A stretch of DNA of 64,000 bases from Planctomycetota bacterium (GTDB lineage Bacteria > Planctomycetota > Planctomycetia > Planctomycetales > Planctomycetaceae). A model generated the notes under the pieces. It was not told where the DNA came from. It saw only the letters and a program-made list of their open reading frames with translations, and searched no databases. The position numbers were made by a program, and so were the translations under genes. Where the stretch lies: NCBI GenBank assembly GCA_003671275.1, contig QWPB01000057.1, forward strand, positions 14,788-78,787, read 5' to 3'. Shown piece by piece: positions 27,340 to 37,500 of this stretch (positions within the stretch are counted from its first letter, which is position 1; each line of letters begins with the position of its first letter).

Positions 27340-27966
27340 TCAGGCCGATTCGTTCGAGGTGGCGACCGCAGGAGCATTCACTGCCATTTTCAGGCCATAA
27401 GGGCTGAACAACAGGAGGCTTGCGACGAGTGAGGGCACAAAATAGTTCGAGAACGGGATGGCAGCGATGTAGCTATCGAACAGACCACTCAGGGTGGGAG
27501 AATACATCCGGACGCCCGCGTGCGGGGCCGCCCACACTGCAAAATTAGTCAGTAGAAAGAACAGTGTCGGGGCCAGCAGTCCAGCCCCCGTAACCTTCCA
27601 CCACGAGGGGCTTTGGGGGAGCGGTCGTCCCAGCAGCGCAATCAAGGTGTAGCTAACGTAAACGGGCAGTAGTCCCATGGTCAGACCCTGCGACAAGTCA
27701 CTCGCCAGGAATCCGATGGCGATGTCGCCGACCAACTGCATTCCGAGGGTGAATCCCAAAGCCTTCGGCAGGTCGCGGATCATCGCTCCGGAGAATAGTC
27801 CGACCGCGATAGCGGTGGTGAAGCCCCACGGAAACTTCACCACGGACATGTCAAACCCGTTCGATTGCATCCGCACGATCAGCTGGGGCACGAGCCGGAT
27901 GGCGATGGTAACCAGCGCCAAGGCAAAGAAAAACGACCAGCGGGGACGGGGAGTCGAGGGGGACAT
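27340..27966 (-). CDS. Polytopic membrane protein (about 6 TM), family uncertain
   Basis: Hydrophobic throughout. Start at MSPSTPRPRWSFFFALALVTIAI. Confidence 0.6.
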   Translation of the reverse strand: MSPSTPRPRWSFFFALALVTIAIRLVPQLIVRMQSNGFDMSVVKFPWGFTTAIAVGLFSGAMIRDLPKALGFTLGMQLVGDIAIGFLASDLSQGLTMGLLPVYVSYTLIALLGRPLPQSPSWWKVTGAGLLAPTLFFLLTNFAVWAAPHAGVRMYSPTLSGLFDSYIAAIPFSNYFVPSLVASLLLFSPYGLKMAVNAPAVATSNESA

Positions 27967-28090
27967 GCGAGAATCTCCAACCATTCGTCGGGCGCACGGA
28001 GATCGCCCACCCGCCGAAGCACGGAAGAGTAGACTGGCGGAGATTGAGAGTCAAACGGCGGCTGGCCGGGCCCGGCGAAAATCCGGGGAC

Positions 28091-30106
28091 TCAAGGGCTC
28101 CCTGACAGAGTCTTCCAGGCTTTTCGCAGGGCCGAGACAGTCCAAACTTGCGGGTATAATGTCTCAAAGTACCACAGTTTGGCAAAATAAAACCCGATCG
28201 GAGTCGGTTCGGTCCACGTTCCATCCTCGACTCGTTGGATCAGGTAATCAATGCCATGGACCAGTTGAGGATTGAGGATTGAGCGTTGAGAATTGGTGGT
28301 CAAGGACTGCGGGGCGTCGAGCAGCGCCTCCAGCGCCAGGGCGGTCTCTTCGACCGTCGACGGGGCTCCCTTGTCCCCACCCCAGCCACCATCGGAGTTC
28401 TGGACCGAGTAGAGCCAGTCCACTCCGCGCTGGGCAGAGATGGTCCAGGCACCAGGATCGGTCGCGGCCTGATCGGAGAAAGCCCGCAAGACGCGGGATG
28501 TGCCATAGACGGGGTTCTCGTCGTCCGGCACATGCTGATTCCCGAACCACAGCGGAAGCCACGAACCGTCTGGGCGTTGGACGTTCTCCAGAAAGGTTTC
28601 CCCCCGGCGGATCGCTTCGAGAGCTCGGTGCTGGAGATCATCCAGACCATAAACCCACATCAGATCGGGATCATCCTCGGGCTTGGGTGGATTCAACCAC
28701 GCATGAATCGCTCGCAGGCAGTGCGCTGTAATATCCGGTGAACTGCGGTCGAACGGCAACTTCCCCCAGCCTCGACAGAACGTCGGGAAACCTCCATCCC
28801 GGTTCTGAAGATTGATGAGCCAGCGAATGCCATTCTCGATAGCCGCATCCACCACTGAGGCACTGAGGCACTGAGATGTGGCCGGGTGAGTGCCGAGTGG
28901 AAAGCCCCCCGGTGGCCACCGGGGGGCCTCTTCCAACTGGTCGCTGCCAGCTGCACCCTGGTCTGGCTTTTGCCCCTCGTCTCTATTCTCTAATCTCTGC
29001 ACCGCCAGAATCGCTCCCGGCGTGTCATCGGCATCGGGCACGCCTCCCGGCAGGTCTGTCCAGGCCCAACCTCCGGGCGCAGCGTTCGTGTACGGGTGCG
29101 TCACCTGGTACTGCTGATCGAGCAACCAGTTCAGAATCATCGGACGCTCCGGTGCAGGCAGATCGTCCTCCAGCGCATTGACAGCGAGCGTAGTGACCCA
29201 AGTGGCCAGATTCGTGTCGATCGGCCAGCTGCCATCCGCTCGGACCGACTTCATCAGGAAGTCGATTCCCCGCTTCACGGCTGGCAGTTCGGTTTGCCCC
29301 ATCGCAGCCAGGCTCATACAGACAAAGCTGGTCAGCGGAGCCGCTTCGAGGAAGCCGCCATGGGGAGGCTGAATCTGATTCAGGACCTGCAAGGCCCGAT
29401 CACGGGCCAGCCAGCGCAGGGCTCCCGTGATCGGGTTCCAAGTCGGGGCAAAGTGCTGACGGACCTGGCCGATGGCAATTAGTGCGGGCAGCGCGTAACT
29501 GACCACCGGTAGTCGCGCCACCGCGTACCACCGGGCCGGGATACAGGCCAGCTCAAACGGCAGCCGAGGAACCGTGGACCACGGCACCAGACCGGCAATC
29601 GCACAATGCGTGAGGATGGGAGCGGAGAAGGTCTTGTCCTTGCCGTAGCGGGCGATGAGGGCCGGAATGCCTCCCGCATTCTTGATGGCGTCCGCTGCCC
29701 GCTGGATGGCTTCTTCCCGGGTGACGATTTGATTCTGCGAGAGCGTCGTGATGCTGGCGTCACCGCCTTGCGTTCGCGTGGCCACGAGCGTGGCGTGGCA
29801 CAACATCGTCGTCGAGATGTTGCTGAAGCTCTTGGATGTATCGCCCCATCCGCCATCCGCATTCTGGTTCGCCAGTAACCAGACACACCCCCGCTCGATC
29901 AGCGCGCGACACGCCAGAACCTGACGACTCACGGCGGAACCCTGGGCTCGCGTCGACCATTGGAACAGGGCCATTACCGCCGTGGCTGTCGCCAGCGCTG
30001 AAGTCGACAGCTCCCCCTCCCAGTGTCCCGCGACATTGCGGGCGGCCAGCAACGATTCAATGGCGGTTCGATGGGCTTTCTGAAGTCGGTCGAAATCAAG
30101 ACTCAA
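28091..30106 (-). CDS. shc: Class II terpene cyclase of the squalene-hopene cyclase family
   Basis: Repeated QW-type blocks (NADGGWG, RDGGFPTF, PDGSWLPLWFGNQ, SDGGWGG). Protonation motif DADDT in GGWAWTDLPGGVPDADDTPGA. SPDITAHCLRAI block. Confidence 0.7.
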   Translation of the reverse strand: MSLDFDRLQKAHRTAIESLLAARNVAGHWEGELSTSALATATAVMALFQWSTRAQGSAVSRQVLACRALIERGCVWLLANQNADGGWGDTSKSFSNISTTMLCHATLVATRTQGGDASITTLSQNQIVTREEAIQRAADAIKNAGGIPALIARYGKDKTFSAPILTHCAIAGLVPWSTVPRLPFELACIPARWYAVARLPVVSYALPALIAIGQVRQHFAPTWNPITGALRWLARDRALQVLNQIQPPHGGFLEAAPLTSFVCMSLAAMGQTELPAVKRGIDFLMKSVRADGSWPIDTNLATWVTTLAVNALEDDLPAPERPMILNWLLDQQYQVTHPYTNAAPGGWAWTDLPGGVPDADDTPGAILAVQRLENRDEGQKPDQGAAGSDQLEEAPRWPPGGFPLGTHPATSQCLSASVVDAAIENGIRWLINLQNRDGGFPTFCRGWGKLPFDRSSPDITAHCLRAIHAWLNPPKPEDDPDLMWVYGLDDLQHRALEAIRRGETFLENVQRPDGSWLPLWFGNQHVPDDENPVYGTSRVLRAFSDQAATDPGAWTISAQRGVDWLYSVQNSDGGWGGDKGAPSTVEETALALEALLDAPQSLTTNSQRSILNPQLVHGIDYLIQRVEDGTWTEPTPIGFYFAKLWYFETLYPQVWTVSALRKAWKTLSGSP

Positions 30107-30330
30107 GGCAGGTTACTCGCAGCAGTTCATGACGAGTGGAGATGGGCCCCTCACTTCGCGAGCGGGCCGCCAGTCGTGGGGAGCAAAGTTTACCGCATCA
30201 GGCACCGGGGTTCCTCTGCAATGAACCAGGAACAGCGAAGCCGGAGAGACCTGTGATCGTGCGAATCATCCGGCGACGCTACGGCCCCTGAACCGTCGGG
30301 AGTCTTCCGTTGGTCTCCGTTTCCTCGGAT

Positions 30331-31605
30331 TCACACCATCGGCGAATACAACACCTGTGGTGCCGGTTGCCCCGGCAGATAGAGCGCCAGGCCGCCCGCA
30401 TCTCCGTTGACCCGTACGACTCCGTCGGGCATGCCCCGGCTGGCGTGGTCGAGAATTGCCTCCAAGGACTGTACCGCAGCGACGACCTGGCGATCGGCGG
30501 CCAAATCGTTGTAGGCCAGGCTCTGAGCTGTGGACAGACGGGCCGCCCGCTCTGATGCGGGTCCGCCCCATTCGACGCGAGCCACTTCGCGGGCGAAGCG
30601 TTCGAGCACTTCGATCCCATACCCGCGCTGTGTGCGGTCGCCCCAGGGCTCGACGAATGTCCCGTTGTAGTGAGTGTTGATGGTGATCTTCACCTCGCAC
30701 GGAGTCTTCCCCTCGACGGTGCATTCGATCCCCCGGCGGCGGGAGTGGCCGTTCCAGACCCCGTTGTCGAAGCGAAACTGGACCTCCTGCTCGACATAGC
30801 CGGGGAAGTTGTCGGGGTTCACCCACGATGCATGAATGTCGAACGCGGCTTCGCGTCCATCGGCATACTCATAGACCAGCCGCAATTGGTTGCTGTCCCA
30901 GGTCGGTCCGCTGGCCGCGCCCACGATCCCCCGCTGACCGGTGGCCATCACGGTCTTGAGACGACCGCCGAACGTAAAGTCGATCAGCTTGATGTAATGC
31001 ACCGCGACATAGGTGCCGGGGTTGCGGCCCTTGATCCATTCGGCGAACTGCCCGCCGGAGATCGACTTCGGCTCCAGTAGTGAACAGTACCCGTTGTTCA
31101 CGTGTTGCAACACGCCATCATGGACGAAGGTCCGCAGCTTCTTGTGGTCGGGGTCGAGCAGCTTGTGATACACCACCTTGGCCAGCAGACCTTTCCGGGC
31201 CGCGAGTGCCACCAGTTCATCCAGCTGGGCCATGTCGAGAACACTGGGCTTCTCGATCAGGACATGGATGCCCGCGGAGAGAATCGCCTGGGCCGCTTCG
31301 AAGTGGCGATCATCCGGCGTGGCCACGCACGCGATATCCACTCCCGCTTTGAGCATTTGGGCGACCGAGTCCTCGCCGGCAAACGACTGAAATGCCCCGA
31401 TGTTCGAGCCGGCGGACTTCCGGTACGCCTCGGCCCGGCTTCCAGTCCGCGTGGCTACGGCCGTCAGTGGAACATCAATATCGCCAAAGCTGCGTTCGTA
31501 AAGCCCTTCGCGATGCACCCGCTCGAAGAAAGGGCGGTAGGTTTCGTCAAAGATCATCCCCATGCCGACCATGCCGGTGCGAAGAGTGCGAATCGAAGCG
31601 GTCAT
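30331..31605 (-). CDS. Gfo/Idh/MocA-family oxidoreductase
   Basis: Rossmann N-terminus LRTGMVGMGMIF and the EKP motif HVLIEKPS. 424 aa. Confidence 0.85.
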   Translation of the reverse strand: MTASIRTLRTGMVGMGMIFDETYRPFFERVHREGLYERSFGDIDVPLTAVATRTGSRAEAYRKSAGSNIGAFQSFAGEDSVAQMLKAGVDIACVATPDDRHFEAAQAILSAGIHVLIEKPSVLDMAQLDELVALAARKGLLAKVVYHKLLDPDHKKLRTFVHDGVLQHVNNGYCSLLEPKSISGGQFAEWIKGRNPGTYVAVHYIKLIDFTFGGRLKTVMATGQRGIVGAASGPTWDSNQLRLVYEYADGREAAFDIHASWVNPDNFPGYVEQEVQFRFDNGVWNGHSRRRGIECTVEGKTPCEVKITINTHYNGTFVEPWGDRTQRGYGIEVLERFAREVARVEWGGPASERAARLSTAQSLAYNDLAADRQVVAAVQSLEAILDHASRGMPDGVVRVNGDAGGLALYLPGQPAPQVLYSPMV

Positions 31606-31649
31606 CAGCGAAACCTTCTGATCGGAGTCCGGGCAGCTGATCGGACAAG

Positions 31650-34145
31650 TTATTCGCGAGTCAGTGTCTCGTCCATGTTGAGAAGAATCAAACAGACCCC
31701 GGTCAGGGCCGCATGTTCCGACAAGTTCAAAGTCCCATCGCGGGGCGATGAGCCCAACTTGAGGAGGGCCTCTGCTTGTTGTGGAGCCTGTTGGAACTCT
31801 TGCAACTGGCGTTCGTAGCTGGTGGTCAGGACGGCCAGTTCCTCGGATCGCGCGGGGCGACCGAGTACCCGGCGAAAGGCAAAGTGCAGTCGATCGGGAG
31901 GCGTGCTGCTGCTGATAATCGCGTGTTCAGCGAGCACGCGAGCCGCTTCGATGTACTGCACATCATTCATGATGGCCAGGGCCTGAAGCGGGGTGTTCGT
32001 CCGGACGGGCTTCACAACACAGGTCTGCCGCGGAGCGACATCGAAGAACATCGTCGGCCCCACGATCCGCCGCCAGAAGGTATACAGGCTGCGGCGGTAA
32101 AGGGCCTCGCCCGTGTCAGGCGTGTAGCGTTTGTTTCCGAACGTGGCTTCTTCCCACACGCCCTCGGGCTGGTACGGTTTCACGGGAGGTCCGCCGACCT
32201 GCTCGACGAACAGTCCGCTCGCGACGAGGGCCTGGTCCCGGATCATCCACGCGGGGAGACGATAGCGTGCTCCTCGGGCCAGCAGTCGGTTCAGTGGATC
32301 ACGCTCCACAAGGTCGGGCGTAACTCGCGAACTCTGGCGATAGGTGGCACTCATGACGATCTGCTTCATCAGGGCCTTCACGTTCCATCCCTGGTCGCGG
32401 AAATCGGCAGCCAGCCAATCGAGCAGTTCCGGGTGCGAGGGCTTCTCACCCTGGACCCCGAAGTCTTCCGAGGTCTTGACCAGCCCGATACCGAACACCT
32501 GTTGCCAGAAACGGTTAACGACCACCCGCGCGGTCAGCGGGTTCTCCTTCGCGACCAGCCATTGCGCCAGCCCCAGTCGGTTCTTCGCTGCGGTCGTGGG
32601 CATCAAGGGCAAGGCGTGTGGCGTGTCGGCGGAAACCTTCTTCTCCGTGGGCTTGTTGTATAACCCCTTGGAGAGGATGAACGTCTCTCGTCGCGTGGGT
32701 TGATCGGCCATCACCATCACACGCGGGATCATCCCGTTCAGGCTGTTGCGGCGGTCGACGACGGACTTCAGGGCGGAAAGCTGCTGTTGATACGGTTCGT
32801 GTTCCAGGTCGCCGATGGATTCGATCAGCTTCTGCAACTGATTCGCATCCCGTTCCGCAGCGGGGCGGTCCAGAAGCTTCTTCTGTTCGTCGGTCAAATT
32901 GACGGCGAGTGGCGATTGGGAGCGCAGACCTTCGCTGGTGCGGAAGTAGCCCGATTCCAGGGTGGCTAACTCCGTAGCAGACTTCTGGTGTTCAGCTTGC
33001 AGAGTCTCTAGTTGCCGGGCTTGTTCCGTCGAAGGCATCTCGAGCACGGGGGGGGTCTGCGGGTTGCCCCCCCCGCCATCCACCGGTGTGTGATTGAAGA
33101 AGTCGAACAGCTGGTAATACTCGGCATTGGTCACCGGGTCGAACTTATGGTCATGGCAACGGCAGCAGTTCATCGTCAGTGCCAGCCAGACAGTACCGGT
33201 GGTTTCCGTCATGTCCATGACATAGTCAACGCGATTTTCCGCAGCGATGCGCCCCCCTTCGCCGTTAATCATGTGATTTCGAAGGAACCCGGTCGCCAGC
33301 TTTTGCTCGCGCGTGGCCTCGGGCAGCTGATCGCCAGCCAACTGCCAGATCGTGAACTGATCGAACGGCAGGTTGTCATTGAATGCGGAGACAGCCCAAT
33401 CCCGCCACGGCCACATGGTCCGTTCGTTGTCCCCCTGGTATCCGTTCGAGTCGGCATAGCGGGCGGCCTCCAGCCACTCCCACACCATTCGCTCGCCATA
33501 CCGGGGCGAGGCCAGCAATCGGTCGACGAGGTTTTCATAAGCCTGGGGCGAGTTATCGGCGAGAAAAGCGTCGACTTCCTCGGGAGTCGGAGGCAGCCCT
33601 GTCAAATCGAGCGTCACTCGCCGAATCAGGGTGGCTTTGTCAACAGGGGGGGCCGGGGATAGTTTTTCTTTTTGCAGTCGGGTCAGAATGAACTGGTCGA
33701 TCGGGTTCACAACCGTTCCGAACCCTGCCGGGACATTCGGTACGCCGGGTGATACCAAGGGTTCGAAGGCCCAGTGTTTGCCCCACACCGCTCCTTCATT
33801 GATCCACCGCTGGAGGAGGGTGATCTGCTGCGGGGAAAGCGTTTTTTTTGTACTGGGTGGCGGCATCATCTCGTCGGGATCGGTCGACTGGACGCGGCGG
33901 ATCAATTCGCTGGCCCCCGCATCACCGGGCTTGACCGTCCGATGGCCATTCAATTCAGCCAGCACTCCCTCGTGCGTATCGAGTCGCAGATCGGCCTGCC
34001 GTCCCTTTTCATCCGGGCCATGACAGTGAAAGCAATTCTCGGACAGGATCGGTAGCACGTCCCGTCCAAAGACGAGTGGCTCTTCGGCCATCCCCTGGCC
34101 AGACAGAGAAAGCAGAATCGCGATCATCGAGCTGAGAAATCGCAT
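31650..34145 (-). CDS. PSCyt / DUF1549 / DUF1553 (PSD1) family protein, 831 aa
   Basis: Signal peptide, CFHCHGPDEKGRQADLRLD, CCRCHDHKFDP, DUF1553-type C-terminus. Paralogue of 21786-24881. Confidence 0.9.
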   Translation of the reverse strand: MRFLSSMIAILLSLSGQGMAEEPLVFGRDVLPILSENCFHCHGPDEKGRQADLRLDTHEGVLAELNGHRTVKPGDAGASELIRRVQSTDPDEMMPPPSTKKTLSPQQITLLQRWINEGAVWGKHWAFEPLVSPGVPNVPAGFGTVVNPIDQFILTRLQKEKLSPAPPVDKATLIRRVTLDLTGLPPTPEEVDAFLADNSPQAYENLVDRLLASPRYGERMVWEWLEAARYADSNGYQGDNERTMWPWRDWAVSAFNDNLPFDQFTIWQLAGDQLPEATREQKLATGFLRNHMINGEGGRIAAENRVDYVMDMTETTGTVWLALTMNCCRCHDHKFDPVTNAEYYQLFDFFNHTPVDGGGGNPQTPPVLEMPSTEQARQLETLQAEHQKSATELATLESGYFRTSEGLRSQSPLAVNLTDEQKKLLDRPAAERDANQLQKLIESIGDLEHEPYQQQLSALKSVVDRRNSLNGMIPRVMVMADQPTRRETFILSKGLYNKPTEKKVSADTPHALPLMPTTAAKNRLGLAQWLVAKENPLTARVVVNRFWQQVFGIGLVKTSEDFGVQGEKPSHPELLDWLAADFRDQGWNVKALMKQIVMSATYRQSSRVTPDLVERDPLNRLLARGARYRLPAWMIRDQALVASGLFVEQVGGPPVKPYQPEGVWEEATFGNKRYTPDTGEALYRRSLYTFWRRIVGPTMFFDVAPRQTCVVKPVRTNTPLQALAIMNDVQYIEAARVLAEHAIISSSTPPDRLHFAFRRVLGRPARSEELAVLTTSYERQLQEFQQAPQQAEALLKLGSSPRDGTLNLSEHAALTGVCLILLNMDETLTRE

Positions 34146-34528
34146 CTTGACACCGGCAGGAAGTGAATCAGGCGGGACGCCACTGTTGGAGGTAGCGCCG
34201 GGAACGATTCTACATCGGTTGATGCGTGCAAAGAAACGTCGCCGGGATGAAGGCGGTCTTTCGGTATTTGTCTACGAAAGCCGGTCCGACAGACAATCGT
34301 GTCACACGCCTCCCCTCCTCCCCCCACACACGGCCCTGTTTGCACTCCGATCGAGGGGCCGGACAAGAGTCCAGCCCGACTGCCAACCTTCGGTTGCACA
34401 CACATTCGTGAACTCATCACCCGAGTGGCTTTACCGTTCTATCCTTTGCTTATCACAATACTAGGCAGCCCCTGAAGCGCCCGGCCACCGGGGGCGGGCA
34501 CCGTACCGCGTCTGGAAGTCTGAGCCAC

Positions 34529-37500
34529 ATGGCCTCACGGAAGAATCCGCCGTCCCCGCCGAATCCCACACCCGAGGATTCGGTGATGATGCAGGAGATC
34601 CTGGCGTACCTCAATCTCTCGGGAGGCCGCCGCGATCCCCGGTTTCTGACCAACCTGAACCGCCTGTGGAACCTTCTGGACTCGGCGGCCCCCGCAGCGG
34701 CTCTCCAAACTTTGCTGCTGACGGAACTGGAGCAGCGGCGCGGTTCGTCAGCCGTCTTTGAAGATCCTACGCAGGCCCAGCGCGTCATTCCCCTGGTGCT
34801 GACCGATTTTCTGGCGACCTATCGGGCTCATCATGCCGACCTGTTGTTCCACCTGAACCCGCTGGAGTTCGAACAACCCCTGCTCATCGGGGTGATGTTT
34901 GAAACCGTACTGTCCCAGGGGGGCCCCTGGGAGGATCGCGACCGGATCATTTCAGCGGCCCTCAAGGCGATCAACGACTTTTTGGGATACCGCCCGATCC
35001 CCGTGCTGGAAAACGGCATGCGGGCTGAAGTCTACGACCACGAGCGATTTCGTCCGTTACCGATTTACATGGAAGGGGTCGGTGCGGCGCGAGGCACGTA
35101 TTACGATCTGATCAGCGCCACGATGACCTTCCTGCAAGATGCTCCGAAGGATCTGCTGCTGGAAGCCCACTTCGATATCGATCACCTGGAAGAGATCGCT
35201 GTCGACATGCGGGCCCATGACCACCTGCATCCGGTCAACAAGCGTACGAACTACATGTTCGGCGAGTGGGACCCGCATCGCATCGATGTGAAGGGACGTT
35301 ACCGCCGGGTCGTGTTGCGGCGTATCATTCTCGATGCGCTGGTGCAGTGGATCGAAGACCCCAAGCAGCGAACACCGCGCGAAGAGCGGCTGTTCGATGC
35401 CGCAGCCGCGCTGTGCGGCACGATGCTGATGGCTTCATCGATCAGTGGATGGGGACCGAATGCCCACGGCAGCGATGTCACGCTGACCTCTTTACTGCCG
35501 GTGGTTGCCCGTCGGCGGGATGCGTTCTATCAGCGGTTGATGCAGCAGGTCGAGGGCCCCCGTGAGAAGCGATTGAAGCGGGAAGAACAACGGACACAGC
35601 AGCCGTTTGGCCACATCCGGCAATTTCTGAACATGCATCTGGCAGGGTACGGAGCCCGGCAGATTCAGTACCGCGAAGTCGCTTATCTCTATGCCAAGAT
35701 GGGATACCCGGACGCGGCCCGCGAGATTGCCGCCGCGATCCCCGCCGCTTCGATCCGTTTCGAGTGCGAGATCCAGTGCCGCATCGGTCTGGCCCATCAC
35801 GCCTTGAATCAAAACGATCTGCCCACCGCCGTCGATCTGGTCATGGGGCTGGACAATCTGATCCAGCGCGGTATTCATTGCGGTGCCCTCGTCGACCCAT
35901 GGGACATCCTCGGCTATCAGGGGCAGTTTCCGCTGTTCAGTTCGCGGGAGGACACGATCCCGGACAACCGGATCGACGCCCTGATCGAACTGATCGAAGA
36001 CATGTTCGGCGTGTTCTCCCGCGTCCTCAGCGAGACGGCGGCCCAAGGAAACAGCGCTGCCCGCGAACGGGTGCTGGATGAGTTCACCAAGCTGGCCGAG
36101 TGGTGGGATCGCTATGCCAGCACCACGGTGGAGGACCTGCCCAGTGTCTCCGGACAGAACAGCCTCGACGCGGCGACCCACGTGTCAGCGGCCCTGATCG
36201 AGTGGCGACGGGCGGGCGAAGCCGCAGGCGACATTGCCTTCTGGAGACAGCACGTCGAGCAATTTCAATCGGCGGAAGCCTATGCACTCGTCGTCGATGC
36301 CCTGCTCTATCGTAAAGATCTGGTGGCCTCGCTGGCGCTGCTGATGCAGTGGATGAGTCAGTCCGGCCAAGTGGGCCTTGAATCGCCCAAACATTCGATT
36401 TTCGCCATGCTGATCCGCTGGATGAAGCTGATATCGAGCGATGGCAACACGGACGACGCCAATGCTCGGGCCAACCTGTTGCGACGCATGTTCGCTTCCC
36501 TGGAAGCCAATGCCGACGAAACGTGGTCTGTTCCTCGCATGGAAGGAGCCGTCGAACGGGCGCAGAAGGCGCTCAAGGACGACCCGCTCCGCGACGAGAC
36601 TCCCCCGGAAGACAGTGATCCGGACGAGGACGACCTATTTGGAGCGGCTTACGAAGAAGTCACCTACAAGGATACGTCCGACGACGGCAACTGGGGGAAC
36701 ACGCTGGAGAATGACTTCGGATTCCGAAACACCGAATTCGAAGTCATCAACCGCGAGATGGAGCCTCGGCTCAAACTGATCAACGCGGTCGGACAGTTGT
36801 GGCAAATGGCAGCGGTTCGGCTCTCCTCCGACCTGCATACGTCCCGGGATCAGCCGGTGTCGGGGGCCATGAATCTGACGCTGGAGGCCGTCCGGGAATG
36901 GTGTACGCAGGCCCAGCGGTGGCAGGTCGATCTGGCCGAACTGATGGAGGCCATCTGGGATCACTCCATCACGGAGTCATCCGGTGACCATGATGCGAAC
37001 GTCGAATTCGACATCCAGTTACAGGTGAAATTCTATCTGCTGCATCAGGTGATCAGCACGTTGATCTGCCTGCGGAATGCTGATCGACTGTTGTCGGGAT
37101 GCTTGCCGGAAAGCCAGTCCACCGGCAGCCGGGCGGAAGACGACCCCGAACTATCTCAGTTGATCCGCGCGGTGGTCCGGCGGGAAGTGGACGTCGTTCA
37201 AAGCAAGCTGCCGGGAGTGCTCGACTGGATGGTCAAGCACCCGCTGCTCTATGTACCGCTGGAGAATGGAGGCAAACCGGCCCCGATCCTGCGGGCTCAG
37301 ATGATGCAGTCGGTGGTCCGGTTCCTGCTGCGGGAACTGCCGCGAATGGGGCTGTTGTACGAGACCTATCGCGTACTGCACACTTCGTTTCAGATGGAGC
37401 GCAAGTGGCGGCCTGATGGTCAGGCGATCACCGAATTTGACCGGTTGTTCGATCTGGCCATGCGAAACGTTCTCGAAGAAGTCATCGAATCCGCCGCCCA

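Noticed and set aside
25990-27432. 480-aa plus-strand ORF.
   Set aside because: It is antisense to the class V PLP enzyme, which has clear YLNHGSFGP and SLHKWL motifs. The plus-strand translation is low-complexity R/G/D-rich.
28853-28875. 2.9 copies of the tandem 8-mer cactgagg inside the terpene cyclase gene, considered as a slippage or phase-variation tract.
   Set aside because: Three copies is too few for efficient slipped-strand switching. It is mentioned only as part of the insertion in the cyclase finding.
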